DNA of 64,000 nt from an uncultured Clostridia bacterium (GCA_964441745.1 CAYTYR010000001.1:1-64000), one strand, 5' to 3'; positions 1-8,784 are shown, numbered from the stretch's first letter. The notes: a model not told the origin generated them from the sequence alone. Numbers and translations are program-made.

Positions 1-52
1 TGAGTCAGTTTATCCAATACAGTGCTGAGAATGATAAACTAAATATTCTCGG

Positions 53-97
53 TCAGCCTGCAGTGCCCGACCCCGTTACTTCCGACCCCGTTACTTC
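53..97 (-). repeat. Conserved array site with tandem-doubled core (CGACCCCGTTACTTC x2 at 68-82, 83-97)
   Basis: Minus strand reads GAAGTAACGGGGTCG-GAAGTAACGGGGTCGG-GCAC-TGCA-GGC-TGA; same motif at 931, 1591-1620, 3360-3388, 3519-3548. Confidence 0.85.
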
Positions 98-124
98 ATA
101 TCTTTCATAAGTAGCCCTTAATTT

Positions 125-346
125 CTATAATTTCATATTACTATCAATTATTCTGCGAAACGGTTTCTGAACATGATTGGCAAAGGCGTTAAATTCTGTC
201 AGAAAATGAATATATTTATCCAAATCAACTTTCCCCTGGTCCATAAAAGGATTATGCCTATTTTGTTCTATTCGGCGCATATCATCCCTTAATCCTGCGG
301 ATTGAGCCAATTCGCGCCATTCTTGCTTTTCTTTTTCAGTCAGCAT
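125..346 (-). CDS. Small hypothetical protein, likely partner of the adjacent nucleotidyltransferase
   Basis: 73-aa ORF overlapping the end of the upstream NTase gene; TA-like two-gene layout. Confidence 0.65.
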   Translation of the reverse strand: MLTEKEKQEWRELAQSAGLRDDMRRIEQNRHNPFMDQGKVDLDKYIHFLTEFNAFANHVQKPFRRIIDSNMKL

Positions 347-884
347 GATATTTCCTCTTTAATTCCGAATACTTATCCTGCTTGTTAAATGTTTCGAAAT
401 ATTCTTCAATAATCATCCAATCAAGTTGTTTAGCATATTGCTTCATCACGGTTTCAATATCAGTATATTCTCGGTCCTGGCGTTCCGGGTCATTAACCAA
501 AGCTTGCAGTTTTAAACCGATAATATCTTCCGGCCTTACTACCTTAATTTTATATTTGCCATCAAAGATATCTATATTGATTGTTTTCTCTAACATTCTA
601 AGCGATGGACCCCGAAAAGCAAGCAAAAAGTCTATTTCTCCCATAATTTTGACAGGCGAAATATATTGGGCAACATTTTCGCTCTTAAAAGCGCTTTCAT
701 AACCAACTGCTCTTAAAACTTGTTCGATTTTCTTAAGATCCTCTTTATTTACCAAAAAATCTAAATCCACGGTTGCCCGGGAAATACCCAGAGCTCCAAT
801 GGCAAATCCGCCAATAAGCCCATAGCGCACTTTCTCTTCATCAAATCTTTTTATGATTATCCCTAGTACCTTTTCAAAATCCAT
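336..884 (-). CDS. Nucleotidyltransferase-fold protein (AbiEii/DUF2204-like)
   Basis: LIGGFAI...RATVDLDFLV and EDIIGLK...R.DRE..DI motifs typical of this NTase family. Confidence 0.75.
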   Translation of the reverse strand: MDFEKVLGIIIKRFDEEKVRYGLIGGFAIGALGISRATVDLDFLVNKEDLKKIEQVLRAVGYESAFKSENVAQYISPVKIMGEIDFLLAFRGPSLRMLEKTINIDIFDGKYKIKVVRPEDIIGLKLQALVNDPERQDREYTDIETVMKQYAKQLDWMIIEEYFETFNKQDKYSELKRKYHAD

Positions 885-914
885 TATCAAATCCCTTGTT
901 TATTCCAATTGCTA

Positions 915-962
915 TTTTCCATTTCAAGATCTGACCCCGTTACTTCCTGACCCCGTTACTTC
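915..962 (-). repeat. Conserved array site with tandem-doubled core (CTGACCCCGTTACTTC x2 at 931-946, 947-962)
   Basis: Minus strand ...AACGGGGTCAG-ATCT-TGAA-AT-GGAAAA; exact 16-bp tandem. Confidence 0.85.
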
Positions 963-969
963 TGCTTCC

Positions 970-1022
970 CAATAAAGGCCACAATATGCCACCAGCTCTT
1001 TATCCGCAACAATTTCTTGCGT
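970..1022 (-). pseudogene. 5' fragment of a probable DUF3795-like (CGLYC) gene, truncated just before the array site
   Basis: Translates (ACG)QEIVADKELVAYCGLY after an AAGGGA RBS-like sequence, then breaks into the site repeat. Confidence 0.45.
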
Positions 1023-1035
1023 CGCAACAGTCCCT

Positions 1036-1176
1036 TTAAACCTTTTTATACACTACCTTACCATTCTCCCATATAGCTAACGGCCGACCAGTCTCTTTGT
1101 GCCTTTTTATTACTCCTTGAATCGCTTTTTTAAATGCCTCTATAGCTTTTTTCTCTAAAGTTAATCGTTTCTTCAT
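1036..1176 (-). CDS. 46-aa basic protein (MKKRLTLEKKAIEAFKKAIQGVIKRHKETGRPLAIWENGKVVYKKV), partner of the zeta-like ATPase
   Basis: Not in the ORF track; ATG at 1176 after GAGGTG RBS, TAA at 1036-1038; resembles small proteins commonly found after these ATPases. Confidence 0.7.
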   Translation of the reverse strand: MKKRLTLEKKAIEAFKKAIQGVIKRHKETGRPLAIWENGKVVYKKV

Positions 1177-1178
1177 AG

Positions 1179-1550
1179 TCACCTCGCTAATTTTTGAAAA
1201 TTCTTAAATGCTTCTTCATTAACCACTTCTATATCCGCATCCTTACCTTTTGCTATCATAGTATGTGTTGTTTTTGAATTATCAAATAACAACCAGGAAT
1301 TAAACAAAGGCCTATAAAGATTGAAAAAATTATAAATACCCCGGGTGAACCGCCGCCGAACATCTTCAGCTGGTACATCATGACCGCCTTCAGACACTCT
1401 CTCCTTAATACGAGCAATTGCTAATTCTGGATTTGGTATCCAGAGAAAGTAAAGATGCAAGGCATAACCCTTAGCTTTTAAGTGCCTTGCAAAAGTCGTC
1501 TTACCTGATCCATTCGGCCTTGCTATTATATAAACATTCTTAGTTTTCAA
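1179..1550 (-). pseudogene. Zeta-toxin-like / predicted ABC-type P-loop ATPase, internally deleted
   Basis: Walker A ARPNGSGKTT joined directly to GYALHLYFLW...RIKERVSEGGHDVP; the usual middle segment appears missing. Confidence 0.65.
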
Positions 1551-1625
1551 TATACTTCCTCAAATTATCGCCGGCTGTATATTATTAATTACTTTCACGA
1601 TTCAGTGCCTGACCCCGTTATTTTT
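1470..1625. repeat. Exact 156-bp direct repeat, copy 1 (copy 2 at 3398-3553)
   Basis: Base-by-base identity at offset 1928; includes the array site, the 5' UTR and the first ~27 codons of the ATPase. Confidence 0.95.
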
Positions 1626-2477
1626 CGGAACTTGAATATCTTGAGTAACTTGTTTTTCGGGATTCTTGCCTTGATTTTCTGTGTTTTGGGAATTATTATC
1701 TAGTGGCATTGATTGAGAAGTATCTATTTTTTGCTCTGTCGAGTTGCCTAGTTCCGTTTCTGGAATAGATTTATCTTTACTTCCAGCTCTTCTCCTACGT
1801 CCTATTTTAATAATATCTCCGTGTTTAGAAAGAACTCTATCACTTAGCAGTTTTCTTATGCTCTCAACTATTTCATCTTCATCAACTATAACCCCAGATT
1901 TCCTTCTCACTTCTCTTCTAATGGCTGTTAAAGTGGTTTCATGAAAAAGCGCTCTCACTATTGAGCTTGAATGAAGCGATAGGAACTTTTCCCAATATTT
2001 TTCTATTTCATCACCCTTCATCGCTTGATAAGATAAATAATATAGCTTTTCAGCAGATTGAACGACATCGTCACCCAATAGGTTTATGTTAAAAACCAAT
2101 GTATGCTCAATGCCTGTCTTATCAAATGTTAGATGAAAAAGATGCCATTCTGAACCATTTGTTAATATCACCCATGGCAGACCGCTTTGAGAAGCATAAC
2201 TCTCTGCCTGGAAAATATGAGATTCCTTTAAATTAGTATTGGCCGCTTTAGCCTCTATGTAAAATTTCACTTTATCATTGATTTTTATAGCTAAATCTAC
2301 ATATCTCTCTTTGATTTGATGCTCTTTTGTGATATGTTTTAATACATCATATCCCAAAACATCTTCTAAAAACTTCACTATCCTAGTAACGACATCTGCT
2401 TCGTTTAAATCGCGGTCTTTTGCTTCTTTAAACACAGGTATATATTTCTTAATCCCTTTCACAATTGGATTAGCCAT
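1602..2477 (-). CDS. Stand-alone type I restriction HsdR N-terminal-like PD-(D/E)xK nuclease protein
   Basis: NEADV, YVDLAI...YIEAKA, QAESYA and ILTNG motifs; the C-terminus NNGVRH* is encoded by the array site. Confidence 0.75.
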   Translation of the reverse strand: MANPIVKGIKKYIPVFKEAKDRDLNEADVVTRIVKFLEDVLGYDVLKHITKEHQIKERYVDLAIKINDKVKFYIEAKAANTNLKESHIFQAESYASQSGLPWVILTNGSEWHLFHLTFDKTGIEHTLVFNINLLGDDVVQSAEKLYYLSYQAMKGDEIEKYWEKFLSLHSSSIVRALFHETTLTAIRREVRRKSGVIVDEDEIVESIRKLLSDRVLSKHGDIIKIGRRRRAGSKDKSIPETELGNSTEQKIDTSQSMPLDNNSQNTENQGKNPEKQVTQDIQVPKNNGVRH

Positions 2478-2526
2478 AAATACCCTCCTTACATTTTTAA
2501 TTGTTCTTCTAATTGCATTGCCTTTG

Positions 2527-3276
2527 CTATATCAATTCAGCAAAATAACTTAGCCCCTTTAATGAAAACAAATTAATAAATTCTCTGCCAGTATAAGAGT
2601 TTACACGAATATCTTTTGTTCCCACATTATTAACTACACACAAAACAAATTTATCATTCTTTTTAGCTTGTTCAATCTCATTAGCTGTAATGACGAAGCT
2701 CTGGATCTGCCCACTAATACCTTTTACTTCAATATTAATTTCTTTTTCTTTCTTTGTGCATTTGAGATCATATCCACATCTTGCACTTTCTACGGATTTG
2801 ACCATCCAACCATTATCACTATACTTTTTAGTAATGCAGGCAATAGCTGTTTTTTCAACTATTTTGTTTTGTTTGCTACTGCCAAATCCTGCGCCTTTAT
2901 TAACAGCATAATATTTCTCGGTGCCACTGATCTTGATAATTCTATTGAATTGTGAGTCAGAAATACATTTTCCAAACTGGATATCTGTAATACCATAATC
3001 AGCAAGCCTTACTGGATTTTTATAAATCTCTGTCGAATTTACTATATATACCTTCCTCCAGCCTTCCTTTTTCTCTAGCTCTTTAGGTTTTTCTATTTTT
3101 TCAATATTCATATGACCATAAGCAAATCCATTAAAAGAAACAACAATAATATCTGCATTCTTAGCTTGAGTGTAACGAAATCGATTATCGTTCTCATATA
3201 TTCCTTCCCTTAAATATTGTATTAGTTCTTTTTCAGTAAATTCCGTTAGTCCATATACTATTATTTGTTTTCTCAT
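2527..3276 (-). CDS. DUF3883 (NOV-C) PD-(D/E)xK nuclease with a possible EVE/PUA-like N-terminal domain
   Basis: C-terminal VEKTAI...GYDLKC...IEVKG...TANE motif; N-terminal domain assignment is tentative. Confidence 0.7.
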   Translation of the reverse strand: MRKQIIVYGLTEFTEKELIQYLREGIYENDNRFRYTQAKNADIIVVSFNGFAYGHMNIEKIEKPKELEKKEGWRKVYIVNSTEIYKNPVRLADYGITDIQFGKCISDSQFNRIIKISGTEKYYAVNKGAGFGSSKQNKIVEKTAIACITKKYSDNGWMVKSVESARCGYDLKCTKKEKEINIEVKGISGQIQSFVITANEIEQAKKNDKFVLCVVNNVGTKDIRVNSYTGREFINLFSLKGLSYFAELI

Positions 3277-3359
3277 AGCCCCTCCATTTTATCGATATTA
3301 TTACAGGGACTTAGCCTCAACTGCCCTCAACCAGTAAGTTGAGATGGGTTATACTATAT

Positions 3360-3388
3360 ACTTTCAACTTTCAGCGCCTGACCCCGTT
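3360..3388 (-). repeat. Conserved array site
   Basis: Minus strand AACGGGGTCAG-GCGC-TGAA-AGT-TGAAAGT. Confidence 0.85.
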
Positions 3389-3397
3389 TTTTTCTCT

Positions 3398-3553
3398 CTT
3401 AGCTTTTAAGTGCCTTGCAAAAGTCGTCTTACCTGATCCATTCGGCCTTGCTATTATATAAACATTCTTAGTTTTCAATATACTTCCTCAAATTATCGCC
3501 GGCTGTATATTATTAATTACTTTCACGATTCAGTGCCTGACCCCGTTATTTTT
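3398..3553. repeat. Exact 156-bp direct repeat, copy 2 (site plus truncated ATPase start)
   Basis: Identical to 1470-1625; the ATPase frame is cut ~10 bp before the next site. Confidence 0.95.
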
Positions 3554-3902
3554 TAGGGATCTCATCACTCCAATGTTCAGAGTCTTTAAATGGGCCATCG
3601 ACCGAGAGCTGGGATGTTCCATCGACAATTACTACAGCATACCAGTCCTTATTAAATTTTACTAGATCGGCCTCTCCATTTCGCCAGACATCTATTCCAC
3701 CAACAAGAGTCCCCGACACGATATTTTCACTCCGATAAGGCTGCGTCACTGTCATAGTTCCACTAGCCGCAATCAGTGATACTTTATGTGCAGGTATATT
3801 TCTAAAACATGATGGTATTGCGCCCAGTTTAAGCTCTACTGGTTCCCATTCTAACTGCGCTATATTATTAAATTCTCCTTTATATATATATTTTATACGC
3901 AT
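3546..3902 (-). CDS. Hypothetical protein (118 aa from the probable ATG)
   Basis: AT-rich ORF with GGAG RBS before ATG 3902; its TAA overlaps the start of the array site. Confidence 0.6.
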   Translation of the reverse strand: MRIKYIYKGEFNNIAQLEWEPVELKLGAIPSCFRNIPAHKVSLIAASGTMTVTQPYRSENIVSGTLVGGIDVWRNGEADLVKFNKDWYAVVIVDGTSQLSVDGPFKDSEHWSDEIPKK

Positions 3903-4026
3903 TTTGACTCCTTCCAATAGATGGCCTATCTCCCAGTCCAATCTATTATCTTTCAGGGAACTGATCATTATTTTGAGCGAGCTATTTTTTTCCTATACGC
4001 TATACGCCATCCGCTATACGCTATCT

Positions 4027-5286
4027 TTACAGCTCCTCGGGGCTCGCAATGCGGCCAAGAACTGCGCTTGCCGCGGCGACAGCGGGATTCGACAGATACA
4101 CTTCACTCTGCGGATCCCCCATGCGTCCCACAAAATTCCTATTAGTCGTCGCCAGCGCCCTCTCGCCTTTGGCCAGTATGCCCATATGCCCGCCCAGGCA
4201 CGGCCCGCACGTCGGCGTAGAAATAGCCGCGCCAGCATCCATGAATATCTTAAACAGCCCTTCATCCATCGCCTGCCGCCACACTTCCTGCGTCGCCGGG
4301 ATGACGATGAGCCGCACATATTTATGAACTCTGTGTCCTTTGATGACTTCTGCTGCCAGCTCCAGGTCTTCGATACGTCCGTTGGTGCAAGAGCCGATCA
4401 CCACCTGGTCAATATTAACTTTGCCAACTTTGGAGATTGGCTTCACGTTACTTGGCAGGTGCGGGAACGCCACCATTGGTTCCAATTTAGTGACATCATA
4501 TTCCTTAGTTTCCAGATAATTGGCATTTTTGTCGCTTTCGTATGTTTCATAGGGCTCTTGGGCTCTTTTTTCTACATATTTAAGAGTGGTTTCATCCACT
4601 GCCATAATACCATTCTTACCGCCAGCTTCTATGGCCATATTACACATAGTGAACCTGTCTGACATGGGCAGGCCGTCAATAGTATCGCCGCAGAATTCCA
4701 TTGAGCGATAGAGCGCGCCATCTACGCCAATATCCCCGATCGTATGCAGAATGAGGTCTTTGCCGCCGACCCACTTGGGCAGTTTACCGCGATAGATGAA
4801 TTTCATGGCTTCAGGCACTTTGAACCAGCATTCGCCAGTGATCATAACCGCTGCCAGGTCAGTACTGCCGACCCCGGTAGAGAATGCGCCCATCGCGCCA
4901 TAGGTACAGGTATGCGAATCCGCGCCGATGATCACTTCTCCTGGCAGGACAATGCCTTGCTCAGGCAGGAGCGCATGCTCCACACCCATTTCGCCAACTT
5001 CAAAATAGTATTTCAGTTTCTGTTCTTTAGCGAACTCGCGCAGGATCTTCACCTGTTCGGCTGACTTGATATCCTTGCAGGGAGTAAAATGGTCAGGGAC
5101 AAGCACTACTTTGTCCTTGTCAAATACTCTCTTGGCTTTGGCTTTTTTGAATTCGCTGATAGCAATAGGCGCGGTGACGTCATTGCCGAGGGCAATATCC
5201 ACTTTGGCCTGTATCAGTTCACCGGCATGCACTTCATCTTTGCCGCAATGTGCCGCCAGTATCTTCTCGGTAATTGTCATTCCCAT
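4027..5286 (-). CDS. leuC: 3-isopropylmalate dehydratase large subunit
   Basis: [26 protein letters not shown] and CGPCLG aconitase-family motifs. Confidence 0.93.
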   Translation of the reverse strand: MGMTITEKILAAHCGKDEVHAGELIQAKVDIALGNDVTAPIAISEFKKAKAKRVFDKDKVVLVPDHFTPCKDIKSAEQVKILREFAKEQKLKYYFEVGEMGVEHALLPEQGIVLPGEVIIGADSHTCTYGAMGAFSTGVGSTDLAAVMITGECWFKVPEAMKFIYRGKLPKWVGGKDLILHTIGDIGVDGALYRSMEFCGDTIDGLPMSDRFTMCNMAIEAGGKNGIMAVDETTLKYVEKRAQEPYETYESDKNANYLETKEYDVTKLEPMVAFPHLPSNVKPISKVGKVNIDQVVIGSCTNGRIEDLELAAEVIKGHRVHKYVRLIVIPATQEVWRQAMDEGLFKIFMDAGAAISTPTCGPCLGGHMGILAKGERALATTNRNFVGRMGDPQSEVYLSNPAVAAASAVLGRIASPEEL

Positions 5287-5360
5287 TTTCAACATACTCC
5301 TTTAGAATTATTATCGTGTATATAGCAACTAATTGTGTGAGTCCTGTCTCGATTGAAACC

Positions 5361-5569
5361 GTGTATCAGTGAACTGGTTATTTTTGTTCGCTCCAGTGTC
5401 GATTTTTAGCGTCAAAGGTCTTGCGTCAACTCGGTGCCGAGAAACTCGCCCCTTGGGCTCAGACAATCTCGGCATCCAGCAACCAGAAGATGCCCTCGTT
5501 GCTTGCAAGCATGCTTTGACTAAAATCGACAAGCTCGCTCAAAAAACAACCAAGTTCCCTGATTAGCAC
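5361..5569. repeat. ~200-nt imperfect rod-like hairpin
   Basis: Arms pair (ATCAG/CTGAT, GTCGATTTT/AAAATCGAC, GTCAAAG/CTTTGAC, CTTGC/GCAAG, GTGCCGAGA/TCTCGGCAT) around AAACTCGCCCCTTGGGCTCAGACA. Confidence 0.75.
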
Positions 5570-5585
5570 ATTAAGCGAAAGGCGA

Positions 5586-5743
5586 GCGCGGCCGCTGAAT
5601 GTCGTGTAGAAAACCTTCGGAAGCTTGAGTTGGCATGGACTCTTTTCCTCCCGCCTTGCGGGAGAACTCAAGCGAGATAGAGAGCGATTTCCTCGCAGGG
5701 GAAATCGACTCGTTTTTCGGAACGACTCAGCGAGACAGCGAGC
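5586..5743. other. Structured intergenic element with conserved termini (GCGCGGCC ... CAGCGAGACAGCGAGC), copy A
   Basis: Same terminal motifs at 8828-8952; internal stems GCTTGAGTT/AACTCAAGC, CTCCCGC/GCGGGAG, CGATTTCC/GGAAATCG. Confidence 0.65.
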
Positions 5744-5758
5744 CTAAAACCTTATGTT

Positions 5759-7291
5759 TTACTTACTTTTTACTGCTTTTGGGCTCAGTAGACGGTTCAC
5801 CGCATTCAGATAAGCTTTGGCGCTGGCTTCGATAATATCAGTAGAAGCGCCTTGCCCAGTCACTACTCTTCCTTTAGCCTCCGCTATCCTGACGATCACT
5901 TCACCCTGGGCATCCTGCCCGCCGCTGACCGCGCGGATCCCGTATTCCAGCAGTTTGCACTTCAGTCCGGTAATGCGGTCAATAGCTTTATAGGTGGCAT
6001 CTACCGGACCATCACCAGATGAAGCTTCCTGGAAAACCTTATCGCCTTTACGCAGGCGGATAGTCGCGGTCGGTATGGTCTGGCTGCCGCTGACAGTGTG
6101 AATATAGTCCAGTTTGTAAACCGGGACCACCTGGGAAATCTCATCCTCAACGATAGCTATCAGATCTTCATCAAAGATCTCTTTTTTCTTATCTGCCAGG
6201 ACTTTGAACCGCTCGGAAATTTTGTTCAAGTCTTGTTCTTTAAAGGTATAACCTAACGCGCTGAGCCTTTGCTTTAACGCATGCCGGCCAGAATGCTTGC
6301 CCAGGACCAGTCCTGAACCCTGCCAGCCGATGCTTTTGGCATCCATGATCTCGTAAGTGGTCTTCTCAGCCATGACCCCGTGCTGGTGAATGCCGGCTTC
6401 ATGCGCAAAGGCATTAGCGCCGACAATGGCTTTATTCGGCTGGACCGGGATACCGGTCAGAGAACTCACCATCCGGGAGGTCTTGTAAATTTCTTTGGTC
6501 TCAATGTCTGTATAGACATTGAACAGGTCTTTCCTGGTCTTGATCGCCATGACGATCTCTTCCAGGCTGGCATTGCCGGCTCTCTCTCCCAGGCCATTGA
6601 TGGTACATTCTACCTGGCGCACTCCGGCAGCCACTGCTGCCAGTGAATTAGCCACAGACAGGCCGAGATCATCGTGACAATGCACACTGATGACTGCTTT
6701 ATCCACATTAGGAACCTTATTGAAAATATTCATGAGCATCACCGCAAATTCAGCGGGAATGCTGTAGCCCACTGTATCCGGGATGTTGACCGTGGTAGCG
6801 CCGGCTTTAATGACTGCTTCTACTACCTGCCACAGGAATTCCTGATTAGAGCGTGCCGCGTCTTCAGCGCTGAATTCAATATTATCACAATAACGACTGG
6901 CATGCTTAACTGCTTTGACCGCAGCATCAAAAGCCTGTTCACGGGTCATTTTCAGTTTATATTTCAAATGTATGTCACTGGTAGCCAGGAATATATGGAT
7001 CCGCGGATGCTTACTGCATTTAACGGCGTTCCAGCAAGCGTCAATATCTTTTTCCATGGCCCGCGCCAGGCCGCAGATCTGCGGGCCTTTTACTTCCTGG
7101 GCAATTAGTTTTACCGCTTCGAAATCGCCTGGTGAACAGATCGGGAATCCGGCTTCGATCACATCTACTTTCAGCTTGGCCAGCTGCCGGCCGATCTCAA
7201 TCTTTTGCGCCGTATTCAGGCTGGCTCCCGGTGATTGTTCGCCATCACGCAGGGTTGTATCAAATATAATTATTTTATTTTTATTATTCAT
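5759..7291 (-). CDS. leuA: 2-isopropylmalate synthase
   Basis: [22 protein letters not shown] motifs; C-terminal regulatory domain. Confidence 0.95.
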   Translation of the reverse strand: MNNKNKIIIFDTTLRDGEQSPGASLNTAQKIEIGRQLAKLKVDVIEAGFPICSPGDFEAVKLIAQEVKGPQICGLARAMEKDIDACWNAVKCSKHPRIHIFLATSDIHLKYKLKMTREQAFDAAVKAVKHASRYCDNIEFSAEDAARSNQEFLWQVVEAVIKAGATTVNIPDTVGYSIPAEFAVMLMNIFNKVPNVDKAVISVHCHDDLGLSVANSLAAVAAGVRQVECTINGLGERAGNASLEEIVMAIKTRKDLFNVYTDIETKEIYKTSRMVSSLTGIPVQPNKAIVGANAFAHEAGIHQHGVMAEKTTYEIMDAKSIGWQGSGLVLGKHSGRHALKQRLSALGYTFKEQDLNKISERFKVLADKKKEIFDEDLIAIVEDEISQVVPVYKLDYIHTVSGSQTIPTATIRLRKGDKVFQEASSGDGPVDATYKAIDRITGLKCKLLEYGIRAVSGGQDAQGEVIVRIAEAKGRVVTGQGASTDIIEASAKAYLNAVNRLLSPKAVKSK

Positions 7292-8088
7292 TTTTTATCT
7301 CCTGCTCTTCTCAAATTAGGTAAATTATTCTTTTGTGATTTTCTTAACTTGCTCCAGTTATTCAATCGATAGAAGACATCGAATAGTCCACTTAAGATAT
7401 ACGCTATGAACATGATCAGGATCATGTTTTCCGGATACAACCAAACCAGCGCGCAAAACAGGATTATAAAAACAAAGTACTGCATCGGTTTGCGTTTGCC
7501 GATTTTCAATCGTTTAAAGCTGGTATAATGTATATTGGAGATCATCAAGTAGGCCAGTATAACCATTAATACGGGCATGAAGCGCAGCATTAAAGGCATA
7601 TTATTTACTACCATCGGGATAGTTCTTCTGGTGATATCCTGAATAAAGGCATTATAACTTAATACAAAGGCCGCTAATATGCCCGCTGCCCCCGGAACAG
7701 GCAAGCCAGTGAAAAACGCGGCCGGGATACCGCTATCCACTTTTACATTAAAGCGGGCTAAACGCAAAGCTGCCGCAATTATGAACAGAAAGGTAATTAC
7801 TCCGCCCAGATTACCGTAATGATGCAGAGCAACCTGATACACCAGCAGGGCAGGAGCTATGCCAAAGCTGGCCAAATCGGCCAGAGAATCAAGCTCAACC
7901 CCGAATTTACTTTCAGTTTTGGTAATACGGGCAATCCGGCCATCTAAAATATCGCAGACAATACCGGCTAGAATAGCAAAAGCAGCCTTGGGGTATCGTC
8001 CATTAATACTCAGAATGATGCTATATACGCCGGCGCCCATATTTCCCAATGTAAAAAGACTGGGTAAAAGGTAGAGCCCTTTTTTCAT
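7288..8088 (-). CDS. pssA: CDP-diacylglycerol--serine O-phosphatidyltransferase
   Basis: DILDGRIAR...[13 protein letters not shown]-alcohol motif, RLARFN. Confidence 0.9.
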   Translation of the reverse strand: MKKGLYLLPSLFTLGNMGAGVYSIILSINGRYPKAAFAILAGIVCDILDGRIARITKTESKFGVELDSLADLASFGIAPALLVYQVALHHYGNLGGVITFLFIIAAALRLARFNVKVDSGIPAAFFTGLPVPGAAGILAAFVLSYNAFIQDITRRTIPMVVNNMPLMLRFMPVLMVILAYLMISNIHYTSFKRLKIGKRKPMQYFVFIILFCALVWLYPENMILIMFIAYILSGLFDVFYRLNNWSKLRKSQKNNLPNLRRAGDKK

Positions 8089-8109
8089 TTTTCAATCCTT
8101 TGAAAAATT

Positions 8110-8144
8110 GATTACACAGATTACGAAAAGAGATTACACAGATT
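8110..8144 (+). repeat. Paired GATTACACAGATT boxes (8110-8122, 8132-8144)
   Basis: Dispersed 13-bp repeat family; 22-bp start-to-start spacing. Confidence 0.8.
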
Positions 8145-8784
8145 ATTTTAGTTCTGCAATTATAGTAAGTCCGGCTTTGACTTTATCCTTAACTTTTACC
8201 TTTATATCTATATTCATCGGGACATAAATATCTACTTGCGAACCAAGCTTGATCATGCCAATTCTTTCTCCCTGCGATATTCCCTGCTGCATATTCACCC
8301 ACCAGACAATGCGCCTGGCTATCAGGCCGGCGATCTGTTTGACCAATATTTTTACTTTAGTACTTTCTATGCCAATCAGGTTCTGTTCATTATCTTCACT
8401 AGCCTTGTCCAGATTGGCCGGCAGGAATTTTCCCTTTTTATATTCCAGGTAACCAATGCGGCCTTTGACCGGAGCCCGCTGGACATGCACATCTAAAGGA
8501 GTCATGAAAATTTTAATTACCATCGCTTGCGCTTTGAGGAACTTGTCTTCACTGACTTCTTTGATCTCGATCACTTCTCCATCGGCCGGAGAATAAATGC
8601 TATTGTCGTTTTCTATTGTCTTCCGGTCCGGGTCCCGGAAAAAATATACCAGGAAAAGAGTAATGAAAATAAAAATAATGCCCACTTGTCCAAATATTGC
8701 CTGCCAATAGCTCAAGATATAGCCAGCAATAGAAAGGAGCAAGAAAACCTTGATCGAATTAAATCCTGCTTTATTAATTCCCAT
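8143..8784 (-). CDS. psd: Phosphatidylserine decarboxylase proenzyme
   Basis: FFRDP, SPADG, DVHVQRAP and LGSQVD (cleavage-site) motifs. Confidence 0.9.
   Translation of the reverse strand: MGINKAGFNSIKVFLLLSIAGYILSYWQAIFGQVGIIFIFITLFLVYFFRDPDRKTIENDNSIYSPADGEVIEIKEVSEDKFLKAQAMVIKIFMTPLDVHVQRAPVKGRIGYLEYKKGKFLPANLDKASEDNEQNLIGIESTKVKILVKQIAGLIARRIVWWVNMQQGISQGERIGMIKLGSQVDIYVPMNIDIKVKVKDKVKAGLTIIAELK

Noticed and set aside
53-3553. CRISPR array or attC interpretation of the CTGACCCCGTT repeats
   Set aside because: Spacing is irregular (15 bp to ~1.8 kb), whole genes lie between copies, there are no cas genes, and there is no RYYYAAC/GTTRRRY-bounded hairpin.
3904-4662. 252-aa plus-strand ORF and the many other antisense ORFs in the track
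   Set aside because: They are shadows of well-supported genes on the opposite strand, with no recognisable motifs.
5296-5758. T-box, riboswitch or attenuator upstream of leuC
   Set aside because: No T-box consensus, Leu-rich leader peptide or terminator U-tract found; treated as structured repeats instead.
7288-8784. psd-pssA inside the ilv/leu operon
   Set aside because: I recognise the ilvC-psd-pssA-leuA order from other anaerobic diderm bacteria; not unusual.
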